From: Candidatus Latescibacterota bacterium
GTDB taxonomy: Bacteria; Latescibacterota; UBA2968; GCA-2709665
NCBI GenBank assembly: GCA_963662665.2
Contig: CAXXJS010000010.1
Location: forward strand, 288,001-352,000
Reading direction: 5' to 3'
DNA: 64,000 bases
In this document: positions 9,393-20,173 of the stretch, in pieces
How the letters are laid out: each line of letters starts with the position of its first letter
Numbering within the stretch: position 1 is the first letter of the stretch
Notes under the pieces: generated by a model
Told to the model about the DNA's origin: nothing
Database searches by the model: none
What the model saw: only the letters and a program-made list of their open reading frames with translations
Made by a program: the position numbers and the translations under genes

Positions 9393-10907
9393 ATGGCAAC
9401 TGAGACGATCCTGACAATTATACTGTTGTTGGTGGTATTTCTGCTCTTCGTGACGTTTATATCCAGGTACAAACGGTGTCCATCCAACAAAATACTGGTG
9501 GTTTACGGCAAGACCGGACAGGGGGCGGCAAAATGTGTTCACGGGGGCGCCGCATTCGTTCTTCCGCTCCTTCAGGACTATGAGTACCTGGACCTGGAGC
9601 CGTTTGTCACTCCCATAGACCTGGACAACGCCCTTTCACAGGAGAACATCCGCGTGTCCGTTCCCACAACCGTCACCGCGGCGGTTTCGAATCAGGCGGG
9701 CGTGATGCAGAACGCGGCAATTCGCCTGCTGGGTCTTTCGCGCGAACAGATCCAGAGCCAGGCACAGGATATCATCCTCGGTCAGATGCGGGCGGTGATT
9801 GCCACCATGGAAATCGAAGAAATCAACCGGGACCGGCAGGCTTTTATGTTCAAGGTCAACGAAGCGGTCTCTACCGAAATGGAGAAAATCGGCCTCGGCG
9901 TGATTAACGTGAACATCAAGGATATCGAAGACGAAAGCGGTTATATCAAAGCCCTCGGGCAAAAGGCCGCGGCCGAAGCCATCAACCAGGCGACCATTGA
10001 CGTTGCAGAGCAGGAGAAAATGGGCAAGGTGGGCGTGGCCGAGCGGGAACGGGACCAGCGCACGGACGTGGCCGCCGCACACGCGGCCGCGGATATCGGC
10101 GAGGCCGAAGCCGCCAGGGACCGGCGCCAGAGGGTCGCCGCACTCGAATCCGAAGCCCAGATCGGAGAGGCCGAGGCCACCAGAAACAAACGCCAGATGG
10201 TCTCTTCTCTGGATGCGGAAGCCGTCCAGGCGGAGGCCGAGGCCGAATCGAAAAAGGCCGGATACATGGCACAGCAGACAGTGGCCGAAGAGGTCGCGCG
10301 GCAAAAAGGACAGGAAGCCGCGAAGGCCGCGGACGGCGCCATTCGCGTCGCTCAGGAAAAGGCGGAAAAAGAGGCCGAGGAAGCCCGGGCTCTGCGCGAA
10401 GAGGCTCGGCTGAGAGCCGAAATTGTCGTACAGGCGGATGCACAAAAGCAGAAGCTGATCGTCCAGGCGGAAGCCGAGAAGGAGCAGCGGACGCTTGTGG
10501 CGCAGGGCGAGGCAGCCGCCATTCTGGCACAGCGGCGGGCCGAAGCCGAGGGCACGCAGGCCATCCTGGATGCCAAGGCGGAGGGCTACAAGGAGTTGGT
10601 TTCCGCATGCGGAGGCAAAGACCAGGCTGCCGCAGCCTTTCTCATCGTGGAACGCCTGACCGAGGTCGCCGGTATCCAGGCCGAAGCCATACAGAATCTG
10701 CCCCTGGATAAGATCGTGGTCTGGGACGGCGGCAACGGACAGGGTGGTATGTCCAACCTCGGTCAGCGCCTGATGGGCGCCATTCCGCCGATGCACGAAC
10801 TGGCCAAACTTGCGGGCCTTGAACTGCCGGAGTTCCTCGGTAGAATGACAGGCGAGACCAATCCGGGGGACGATCCTCCGGAGAGACCGGAAAGTCCATC
10901 GGAATAG
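9393..10907 (+). CDS. Flotillin (SPFH/Band 7) protein
   Basis: TM, SRYKRCPSNKILVVYGK, IILGQMRAVIATM, INVNIKDIED, Ala/Glu-rich coiled coil. Confidence 0.93.
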   Translation: MATETILTIILLLVVFLLFVTFISRYKRCPSNKILVVYGKTGQGAAKCVHGGAAFVLPLLQDYEYLDLEPFVTPIDLDNALSQENIRVSVPTTVTAAVSNQAGVMQNAAIRLLGLSREQIQSQAQDIILGQMRAVIATMEIEEINRDRQAFMFKVNEAVSTEMEKIGLGVINVNIKDIEDESGYIKALGQKAAAEAINQATIDVAEQEKMGKVGVAERERDQRTDVAAAHAAADIGEAEAARDRRQRVAALESEAQIGEAEATRNKRQMVSSLDAEAVQAEAEAESKKAGYMAQQTVAEEVARQKGQEAAKAADGAIRVAQEKAEKEAEEARALREEARLRAEIVVQADAQKQKLIVQAEAEKEQRTLVAQGEAAAILAQRRAEAEGTQAILDAKAEGYKELVSACGGKDQAAAAFLIVERLTEVAGIQAEAIQNLPLDKIVVWDGGNGQGGMSNLGQRLMGAIPPMHELAKLAGLELPEFLGRMTGETNPGDDPPERPESPSE

Positions 10908-10932
10908 ATAGGCTTGAAACAGGAATCGCCAA

Positions 10933-12561
10933 TTGAACAGACCCGAAATGCCGGACAACGCGCCGTCCACGGCCGACCGCATCGGTATCGCCCGGTCCCT
11001 TCCTGAATCCGGGAACGACGAAGCCCGGCGCCGTGGGCGCGCCGGCGATACCGCGATGGAAACCGGCGACCTCCGGAGCGCAGAGGCTGCCTACCGGGCT
11101 GCGTTAACTCTGGATGCCGACAATATCCGGGCGCGCCACAACCTGGGTGTGGTCCACTACAGGCAGGGCAAGTGGAGGGACGCACTGGACTGCTTTGCGC
11201 GTTGCCTGGGTCTCGCGTCCGATCGCAGCGCGGACCTGTATTTCAAGATTGGTCTCTGCCGGACAAGAGGGGGCGTCCAGGGAGCCATGCAGGCCTTTGA
11301 AGCCGTCATAGCAATCGATCCGGACCATCTTGAGGCGCAATTTCAATTGGCGCTCTTGCAGGCCGAAGGCGAGGAATCGGGTTCCCAGGGTCGGCAACAG
11401 GCGGTAGAAGCGCTTCGCTATATTCTCAAAGCCGTAGACCGGGGGGCGCCCTTCGCGAACGTGGACGGCACCTGCTTCCTGCTTGCCAGCTTCCTCGACG
11501 ACCTTCCGGAAAACATCGAAGAAGCAATCAGGGTTTACCGTCGCGGGCTGGAAGCGAATCCACTGTTCGCCCCCGGCCACAACAACCTTGGCGTTCTGCT
11601 CATGCAGACCGGCCAGACGCTCCAGGCTCTTGGCGCATTCAAAATTGCCATCCAACTCGAGCCGGACTATGCCCTGCCGTACAGGAACCTGGCGCATCTT
11701 CTTTTTGATCACGGTAGTTCAGCCCGGATGGAACAGGAATACACGTCCATCATTGAAGAATTCGGCGCAAAAGCGTCCTCGGTCCTGGCGCGCCTATCCC
11801 GTGAGCTCATCGACCTTGGACGTGTGCAGGTGGGAGAAAGCCTGTATACGCGCGGGCACCAGATCAAAAACCTGATGGGTCTGGTGGGGAGCCGTACGCG
11901 CCGGCTCATTCGAACGGTCCCGACGGAGGATTCGGTTCTCAACGACCTGAAAGGCATCGCCCGCGACCAGGAACACATCTACGATCAGTGGGTCGCCTAT
12001 CTGCGCAGCATGAAGCAGGACCCGCTCAATCCCTCTCTGGTGGATATTCCGCAATTAGTGGGCAAAATCAGGGAGGCCGTCTCTACCCGGACCGGCGCCA
12101 TCGCACTCCGTTTTGCATCTGAACCACAGGTTCCCCAGGTCAAGGTCGATCCCGGTATGTTGCGTGAAGCCGTTACCAACCTGATTCTAAACGCGCTGGA
12201 CGCCGTGAATGATCGTGGTGCGGTCACTGTACAGACCGGCTACGACAATAAGCGGGCATCGGTTTTCATCGAAGTGGAAGACGACGGACCCGGCATAACG
12301 GAAGAGATTCAGGCCAGGATATTCGATCCCGGTTTTTCCACCAAGGAAAAAGGCAACGGATTCGGTCTCAGCATCTGTTCCAGCATCGTATCCGCCCACA
12401 GAGGAAGCCTGCGCATGATCAGCCGCCCCGGCGCCGGCGCCGTGTTCCGTATCGATCTTCCCGTGGACTTCGAACTCGTCTCCGGTGCGGAAAGTATCGG
12501 CTGGAGCGGCGATCCGATTTCAGCGGCGCGGCTGCCCCTTGCAGAAGAATTCATCGAGTAA
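10933..12561 (+). CDS. Soluble TPR-repeat sensor histidine kinase
   Basis: TPRs (HNLGVVHY, HNNLGVLL); H-box GHQIKNLMG; NLILNALDA, EDDGPGI, FSTKEKGNGFGL; no TM segment. Confidence 0.88.
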   Translation: MNRPEMPDNAPSTADRIGIARSLPESGNDEARRRGRAGDTAMETGDLRSAEAAYRAALTLDADNIRARHNLGVVHYRQGKWRDALDCFARCLGLASDRSADLYFKIGLCRTRGGVQGAMQAFEAVIAIDPDHLEAQFQLALLQAEGEESGSQGRQQAVEALRYILKAVDRGAPFANVDGTCFLLASFLDDLPENIEEAIRVYRRGLEANPLFAPGHNNLGVLLMQTGQTLQALGAFKIAIQLEPDYALPYRNLAHLLFDHGSSARMEQEYTSIIEEFGAKASSVLARLSRELIDLGRVQVGESLYTRGHQIKNLMGLVGSRTRRLIRTVPTEDSVLNDLKGIARDQEHIYDQWVAYLRSMKQDPLNPSLVDIPQLVGKIREAVSTRTGAIALRFASEPQVPQVKVDPGMLREAVTNLILNALDAVNDRGAVTVQTGYDNKRASVFIEVEDDGPGITEEIQARIFDPGFSTKEKGNGFGLSICSSIVSAHRGSLRMISRPGAGAVFRIDLPVDFELVSGAESIGWSGDPISAARLPLAEEFIE

Positions 12562-12564
12562 CCC

Positions 12565-13971
<1,407 letters not shown>

Positions 13972-14019
13972 CCACGCCCAATGATCCATAACGATCCCGG
14001 CAGTGAGGGTTTAGATTTG

Positions 14020-14058
14020 ACAATTGCCACTTGACGTCAATTGTAAATTTGATATATT
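14020..14058 (+). promoter_or_regulatory. Sigma70-like promoter with overlapping inverted repeat
   Basis: TTGACG-N16-TATATT with extended TG; ACAATTG (14020-26) and CAATTGT (14038-44) flank the -35. Confidence 0.5.
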
Positions 14059-14210
14059 CGTAGCGAGCCTCGTGCTTTGATGCATTCTGCATCTTTTCCG
14101 GTCCCGCATCTTCTGGCGGGAATCCTGCGGGTTCACAATCGGAACAGGATCACATATCCTGCCCCAATTGCTCTACAAGGAATTGGTCATCCGCTTAACT
14201 GGAAACAGGT

Positions 14211-15995
14211 ATGAGCGAAGCCGAAAACGGCCCATCCGGCCTGATCTTTCCCCAAGATGATTCAGAAGTTTCTCCCGCACAACAGTGCCTCGACGACGCT
14301 GGGTTTTCCAGTAACGATCAGGTGTGGTTGATACGGGTTCTTAATCGTTCGGACTGTTTTAGCAATTCCAGCGGCGTGTCCGTATTCCGGGCCGATTTCG
14401 CGGATGATTTCGCGCACCTCCTTCCCGGAGTCGTCAATCCGTTAAACGAGTCGGATCCTGCGGAGGACAGTAGGCAGACCCGCCTAGCGCTTCTCTTCAG
14501 TTTTCTGCTTGGCTTCGGACCTGTCCACAGTGAGGTGGTTCGCCCGAGCGACAGGCTGGTGAAATCGGGCGGGAACTGGGTTCTTCCCGACTGGGTCCGA
14601 GAGTTCCAAGGGTATGCGGAATTCTGCGCAGAACGTTTGAATTGGGACAAGCTCGTGGCAATAAGGAACGCGTGCCCATTCCTGTTCTTTGATCTTGTTC
14701 CATTTCTGTTTCCACACGGCCTGCCGTTGGGTCAGGTCGTGAATCTGGATATGTTGGATCCGATTCGACGGGAGGGATGGTCCAGCGCAGATTTTGAAGA
14801 CCCTGATCAGCTCGAATTCTGGCTCAAATGGCGTTTTGCCGCAGACTCTGAACGTCGCGATAAAATAAAGATAAACACCCTGCAAGAGTCGTTTTCCGAT
14901 TTTCCGGACGATGTACTGGGCGACAGGATTCTCGGCCTTCTCAATGGAATCTCATATTCGATGAGCATTGGCTTTGCATTGGGTACGGTGAGTATGAATC
15001 CGGCGGGTGACGGATGGCGGGTGGTCGCAAATGAGCTGGTTCCGTTCCTTGACCTCGTGAATGAAAAACGGCCGGAATCGATTCAGGGACGTTCATCCTT
15101 GCTTAATGCATGGTGGCGGTTGGCAGTAGTAATACACCACAGAGGTATGGGAGCGTTAGACTCCGGTATTTCCGATGAACTGAGAAATCGGCTTGTGGAC
15201 AGCGCTGCCAGACAAATCGGCATGTTGCGGAAGGTGCTGCGGGAGTCGCCTGAAGACTTTGGGTGTTCGGATTCGACTGGCGCTCCCGTTGCCGATTTCT
15301 ACGAAAAGGCCTTCGAGGTGCTGGTCGTTTTCGCCGCTCCCTGGAAGTGTTTGAGGTCCGTATTGCTGGCGTTCTCGGAGATGCGGGTCCCTTCCGTTGC
15401 ATCCGACCTTCGTCCGTGGCCGGAAGCTGACAGAGAGCCTCCACCTCATCCCTTCAGTCAAATCCCAATGTGGATCGCAACTGCAATGTATCCGCAGAAT
15501 CTTCGGGATGAACTCAAGCGAGATCCGCATCTGCTGGAATTGCGTGAAGCATTTGCCAAATTCTGCCTTGACCGGCTCAAAACCAGGAAAATTCGGTGCC
15601 AGCAGGATGTTAACCGGTCTGATTGTGCAGACGAAGGGTTTATTGAACCGCGTCGAACGTGGAGACGGTGCTACGTTCAGGCGGTGGTGGCATTGCGTGT
15701 CAATCCGGGCGGACGGGCGCACAGAACGCTCTTCTGGCTCTCCAGGAACGATCCCGATGAAACAGTTCGCGCACTCGCAACAAGGGCGCATCGACAGATT
15801 CGCCATCTCAACCGGAACAGGCCGAATCTGGATCGGGGCGCCTCGCCTCGGCGGCCGCTATTCGAAGCCTTCTGGTGGCTTCGCCAGGCGCATCTTCTAA
15901 CACTTGGAATAGAGATAGATGAAGCCGGGGCCAGCCGAACTCGACGAACGGAATTGCATCGGACACGAGAGAAGGATGATCTCCTCAACTGGTAA
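14211..15995 (+). CDS. Hypothetical 594-aa helical protein with HEAT-like C-terminal region
   Basis: Long ORF; NDPDETVRALA HEAT-like motif; W/R-rich tail SPRRPLFEAFWWLRQAH. Confidence 0.75.
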   Translation: MSEAENGPSGLIFPQDDSEVSPAQQCLDDAGFSSNDQVWLIRVLNRSDCFSNSSGVSVFRADFADDFAHLLPGVVNPLNESDPAEDSRQTRLALLFSFLLGFGPVHSEVVRPSDRLVKSGGNWVLPDWVREFQGYAEFCAERLNWDKLVAIRNACPFLFFDLVPFLFPHGLPLGQVVNLDMLDPIRREGWSSADFEDPDQLEFWLKWRFAADSERRDKIKINTLQESFSDFPDDVLGDRILGLLNGISYSMSIGFALGTVSMNPAGDGWRVVANELVPFLDLVNEKRPESIQGRSSLLNAWWRLAVVIHHRGMGALDSGISDELRNRLVDSAARQIGMLRKVLRESPEDFGCSDSTGAPVADFYEKAFEVLVVFAAPWKCLRSVLLAFSEMRVPSVASDLRPWPEADREPPPHPFSQIPMWIATAMYPQNLRDELKRDPHLLELREAFAKFCLDRLKTRKIRCQQDVNRSDCADEGFIEPRRTWRRCYVQAVVALRVNPGGRAHRTLFWLSRNDPDETVRALATRAHRQIRHLNRNRPNLDRGASPRRPLFEAFWWLRQAHLLTLGIEIDEAGASRTRRTELHRTREKDDLLNW

Positions 15996-16002
15996 GCCTG
16001 GT

Positions 16003-16039
16003 TGGTGTATGACAACACTGTAGTTGGTGAATTACACCA
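16003..16039 (+). promoter_or_regulatory. Tandem PspF-like UAS upstream of the micropeptide gene
   Basis: TGGTG-TATGA-CAACA (16003-17) and perfect TGGTG-AATTA-CACCA (16025-39), 22 bp apart. Confidence 0.6.
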
Positions 16040-16113
16040 GATGCAGGCAAAAAGCCAATGAATATATTCCTATAAAATAAATATTATTAATAACTTATTT
16101 ACATAATGTCTGA

Positions 16114-16130
16114 TTGGCATAGTTCTTGTA
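16114..16130 (+). promoter_or_regulatory. Variant sigma54 promoter (GG-N10-GT)
   Basis: TTGGCATAGTTCTTGTA, preceded by IHF-like TATTAATAACTTA (16085-97). Confidence 0.55.
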
Positions 16131-16228
16131 GTTGGAGACATTGCACGATGAACCGGGTCGCTACTCAACTGCGGAAGTACAGTGTCCCCCTGAAACGGCC
16201 CAATTCCACGACAAAGGAGGTGACGCCA

Positions 16229-16378
16229 ATGGCCAAATCACGCGGGAATCGTTCGAGTGGAAACCGGAGCGGAGGTAATGGCGGAAACGCTCGCGTTGCC
16301 AACCTGCCAAGCAAAACCGGAAACCCTTCCGGGCCTCGCCGCGGCAATGCGCCGCCCAGAGGAGCAAAGAGCAAATGA
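16229..16378 (+). CDS. 49-aa Gly/Asn/Arg/Ser-rich basic micropeptide
   Basis: Perfect RBS AAAGGAGGTGA; MAKSRGNRSSGNRSGGNGGNARVANLPSKTGNPSGPRRGNAPPRGAKSK. Confidence 0.75.
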   Translation: MAKSRGNRSSGNRSGGNGGNARVANLPSKTGNPSGPRRGNAPPRGAKSK

Positions 16379-16585
16379 CGCACCGGCAGGGGTTGGCCGC
16401 TGATCGGCCTTGATGTCAATCGGCTAAACCCTGCACCAACATTTCGTTTTGCCAGATGCGTCGCACTTCGAGGCTAAATAGCCTCACGCCTGATCCCGCC
16501 GGGATTGTGCTACGACGCATCCTTTCATGACAGCGTGGATTGGAAATCTCGTCCCTGTAACGTCATTTCGTGAAAGGATATACAA

Positions 16586-18178
16586 ATGGAACTCCGTTTT
16601 CTAGGCGGTGCCGATGAGGTCGGCGCTTCGTGTACGTTAATTGAAATCGATGGTCAACGTATTCTGGTGGACGCCGGCATTCGCATGGGCCCCAGTAACA
16701 ATTCAAAGTGGCCTGGTGTCGGTAATATGGACAAGATTGACGCTCTGTTGCTGACCCATGCGCATTCCGATCACACGGGTTCGCTGCCACTGCTTGCAAA
16801 GGAGAACATATTACCCGAAAAGGTATATTGTACCCATCCGACAAAACAGATTACACAGGTGTTGTTGGAAGATGCCCTAAAACGGGTAGAAAAGAGCAGG
16901 TCACCTGAGTACACTTCCGATCACGCGAGTTGCGCTTTAAGCCGAATGTCATCGGTGAGTTGGATGGAACCCGTACAAGTGAGCGACTGCGCAAAAGCTA
17001 CGTGGATTCCCGCCGGGCATATTCTGGGTGCGGGAATGATCTATCTCGAGGGCAAACAGGATAGCATACTGGTGACGGGTGACGTGTCTGGTGACGATCA
17101 GTTGACGATTCCCGGCATAGTTATCCCCGAGTGGTGTCGGCCCGACGTGATCGTGATGGAATCGACATATGGTAATCGACAACATAAGGATCGCGCTTGT
17201 CAAGAAAACGCCCTTGTTCAGCACGTAACCAGGGTGACTGAAGCCGGCGGCAGAGTGTTAATTCCTGCGTTCGCCGTGGGGCGATCTCAAGAGGTTATTC
17301 TGGTTCTCAAGGATAGCCTTGAACGGAGACAGATTCCGTTGTACGTTGACGGGATGGTGCGAAGGTTAAATGACGTGTATTCACGTAGCGTACCCGACCT
17401 CAAGCCATCTTTGCAATGCAGAGCGATCGGGGGAGGCGACATTTTTTATTCAGATTTCGTAAGAAAAGTGGAATCTAGGGATCATCGCGAACGTATTTTG
17501 TCGGGTCCACCTTGTTGTATTGTAGCATCTTCCGGGATGTTGAACGGTGGTGTGTCGAATGCATATGCCGGACATTTTGCTGGTGATCCGGAGAACCTGA
17601 TCGCAATTGTGGGCTATCAGGGGGAAGGTACGCCTGGGCGTGCGCTGGTGAATCTGTCAAAGGCAAAAGAACTTGAAGAGCGGAAGTGGAAATTGAGCCA
17701 GAAGGAGTATGTGAACGTGAGGTGCGAAGTGAAGGAATACTCGCTTTCGGCGCACGCGGACCGGATGAAATTGACGGAATTGGTCGAGAGACTGAGTCCG
17801 AAAAAATGCTTTCTCGTACACGGTGATGACTCTGCACGGAAAGGATTGGCCGAATCCGTGCGAAATTCGTCTCCAACCGTGGACGTGCGACTTCCCGAAA
17901 ATGGCCGGACATATACCTACACGAAGAGAGCAGGCATCACGAATGGAAAACAGTTTGGCAATTATAGAATTCTCGCTGAACTTAATTCTTATCTGCAAAA
18001 GATAGGGGCGACGGGGCCATTTCGCGCGCGGGATTTGGCCGAGTATTGGTTCGGCACGGAAGCGACGACGCTCTTTGAGGAGAAGCTGTTTCAATTGTTT
18101 CTGACGTTGGATCGGCAGGAGGTCTTTGTTCGGGACCGCCAATCTCCTCATCTTTTCCGTCTGGGATGGATTGTGTAG
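16586..18178 (+). CDS. MBL-fold beta-CASP nuclease (CPSF73/YSH1-like) with C-terminal extension
   Basis: LGGADEVGAS, THAHSDH, AGHILG, MESTYG, PAFAVGRSQE, SSGML, SAHAD, LVHG. Confidence 0.9.
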   Translation: MELRFLGGADEVGASCTLIEIDGQRILVDAGIRMGPSNNSKWPGVGNMDKIDALLLTHAHSDHTGSLPLLAKENILPEKVYCTHPTKQITQVLLEDALKRVEKSRSPEYTSDHASCALSRMSSVSWMEPVQVSDCAKATWIPAGHILGAGMIYLEGKQDSILVTGDVSGDDQLTIPGIVIPEWCRPDVIVMESTYGNRQHKDRACQENALVQHVTRVTEAGGRVLIPAFAVGRSQEVILVLKDSLERRQIPLYVDGMVRRLNDVYSRSVPDLKPSLQCRAIGGGDIFYSDFVRKVESRDHRERILSGPPCCIVASSGMLNGGVSNAYAGHFAGDPENLIAIVGYQGEGTPGRALVNLSKAKELEERKWKLSQKEYVNVRCEVKEYSLSAHADRMKLTELVERLSPKKCFLVHGDDSARKGLAESVRNSSPTVDVRLPENGRTYTYTKRAGITNGKQFGNYRILAELNSYLQKIGATGPFRARDLAEYWFGTEATTLFEEKLFQLFLTLDRQEVFVRDRQSPHLFRLGWIV

Positions 18179-18202
18179 GCTTGGTTTAGAATGCAGTGAC
18201 CC

Positions 18203-18225
18203 GCCCCGGCGATCATCGCCGGGGC
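18203..18225 (+). repeat. Palindromic hairpin (terminator- or REP-like)
   Basis: GCCCCGGCGAT-C-ATCGCCGGGGC after the nuclease stop. Confidence 0.5.
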
Positions 18226-18277
18226 ATTTGTCTGTCGCGGTCAACCGGCATGCCCTAATCGTCTCCGCTCGTACTTC

Positions 18278-18303
18278 GTAGGGGTAATCCTTGTGGTTGC
18301 CCT
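18278..18303 (+). repeat. GTAG-type REP-like element
   Basis: GTAGGGGTAATCCTTGTGGTTGCCCT. Confidence 0.5.
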
Positions 18304-18334
18304 GATTCATGCACATGTCACCATCCCGCATAAT

Positions 18335-18357
18335 GCGGGCGAGACGCCCGCGCTCCC
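18335..18357. repeat. REP-like palindrome
   Basis: GCGGGCGAGACGCCCGCGCTCCC. Confidence 0.55.
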
Positions 18358-18595
18358 GGGATTGCAAACGCACTGACGAAATATGTTCGTGCGTTCGTAA
18401 TTTTCCCGACTTGGAAAATCTCCGAACAAGATGGTTTCGGTAGTAGGCGTATTGCGTTATATTGTGCCGGACCTGGTGAAGGCATTGAAGACCTCGTGCA
18501 GCGCGTGCATGGGCGAGCCATTTGGGCCGGGACTTTATGTCACACGCGATGGACAGCAGCCGTATGGTCGATGAGCTCCAAACAGAGGATTGTGA

Positions 18596-18928
18596 TTGAG
18601 GCTACCCAACGCCCAACGGGCTCGCGTTGACCCGGCGAAGATTACTGACTATTTGCTTTCAGCAAGTCATCCGGATGGTCGGGAAAAGGCTAAGTTCTTT
18701 TTCAACTTCGGCTTTTTCCCAGCACAATGGCAGAGTCTTTCGGAAGCGTTACGACTTCACGGAGCGAGCCATGAAGCTGTCGAGAAGGAGCAAGGGATCT
18801 ACGGTATAAAGTATATTGTGGATGGATCGCTTGAGACTCCCGATGGACGCAACCCTTACGTACGGACCGTCTGGCACATCGACAGGGAAAGCGACTATCC
18901 AAGGTTCATTACGGCATATCCGGCCTGA
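18596..18928 (+). CDS. DUF6883-like putative toxin domain
   Basis: LPNAQRARVDPAKITDYLLSASHPDGREKAKFF...VRTVWHID...PRFITAYP. Confidence 0.75.
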   Translation: MRLPNAQRARVDPAKITDYLLSASHPDGREKAKFFFNFGFFPAQWQSLSEALRLHGASHEAVEKEQGIYGIKYIVDGSLETPDGRNPYVRTVWHIDRESDYPRFITAYPA

Positions 18929-18944
18929 TCGTTAGGAGACAGAT

Positions 18945-19286
18945 ATGTTCAAGGAACTGGACGTTATAGCGCTTACAGCCGAAGTTCCGCCCAATCACAT
19001 TTGGGATGTCCCATCCAGCAGCCCGCTGATTGAGAAACGCAATCCGGCGGAAGGGCTGAAAGTCGGCGACATTGGCACGATTGTATATGTCCAGGGTAAC
19101 GGGGAAGCCCTTGAGGTTGAATTCCTGGGTCCGGAAGGCAAGACGATAGGCGTTGCCACGATCTCGCCATCGCAGGCCCGCCTGGCCACGGAAGAAGACC
19201 TCACAAAACGATCTCTTCTGAAAAAAGCTGGCAGTCCGGCCTTATCACGGCCTCACGGTAGATTGAGAAAGCGAAAGCCTGTTTGA
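18945..19286 (+). CDS. DUF4926-domain protein (putative antitoxin/immunity)
   Basis: FKELDVIAL...GLKVGDIGTIVYV...EVEFLGPEGKT. Confidence 0.8.
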   Translation: MFKELDVIALTAEVPPNHIWDVPSSSPLIEKRNPAEGLKVGDIGTIVYVQGNGEALEVEFLGPEGKTIGVATISPSQARLATEEDLTKRSLLKKAGSPALSRPHGRLRKRKPV

Positions 19287-20173
19287 GTACTGTGAATTCA
19301 TCGCACTCACCAGCCTAGGGTTCGTCTTGAGGTCGAGTGTTTTACGCACAAGCGCGGAGCCGCCAGCCTCTAGCCCTGCGGAGGACCAGAAAGAGGGGCT
19401 TCTTCGACGCTCAGGTGAATCCGATTGCAGGGGAGGTACTATGAACATTATCGTATTCGGCGCGGCAGGTTGGCTTGGAAGGGCGGCGCTGGCCGCTCTT
19501 GACGCGAACCATCGGGTAAGGGCTTTCGACTATGGTCCGAGGGCCTGGAAAGCCTGGAACGATACCGACGGTGAATGGGCGGGGGGTGACATCGTTCACG
19601 GAGATATCGTGGATTTCGATGCCGTTCACCGTGCCGTGGCGGGCATGGACTCGGTATTGCACATGGCGGTGTACCATTCGGACGCGCCCGGCGCCCACGG
19701 TGTCGATGATCGGAAACCTTTTCTGATCAACGTCAAGGGACTCTGGAACGTTCTTGAATCCGCCCGGCGGCACGGCATCGGGAGGATCGTACATATCGGC
19801 TCCTGTCAGACCGCCCACCCGGGGGGCATCTTCTTCTCGGCCGACGTCAGGCGGCCCGACGGCGGCCTATATGGTGTCACCAAACGGCTTCAGGAAGAGA
19901 TGTGCCGGCAGTTCCACGATGCGTTCGGGCTGCGTATCATCGTTCTCCGGCCTGACTACATTGTTGACAGCCGACTCGGGATCGGCCGGTACAGAGAAAA
20001 ATTGGGTACGGAAGAGCGTCCTTACCGCCAGGGCTGGGTGTGCCGCCACGACCTTGCCGAAGCATGCCGCCTGAGCCTGGAATCTCAGGACATCGATTTC
20101 GACGTTTTCCACGTCGTGGGGACGCCGGGGGCCGACAGGACTTGCAACGTCGCGCGGTCCCGCGAGATTCTAG

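Noticed and set aside
9636-10982. Long antisense ORFs (e.g. 448 aa opposite flotillin; also 649-1848, 45886-47043, 48586-49692)
   Set aside because: Shadow ORFs of GC-rich genes with no recognisable motifs.
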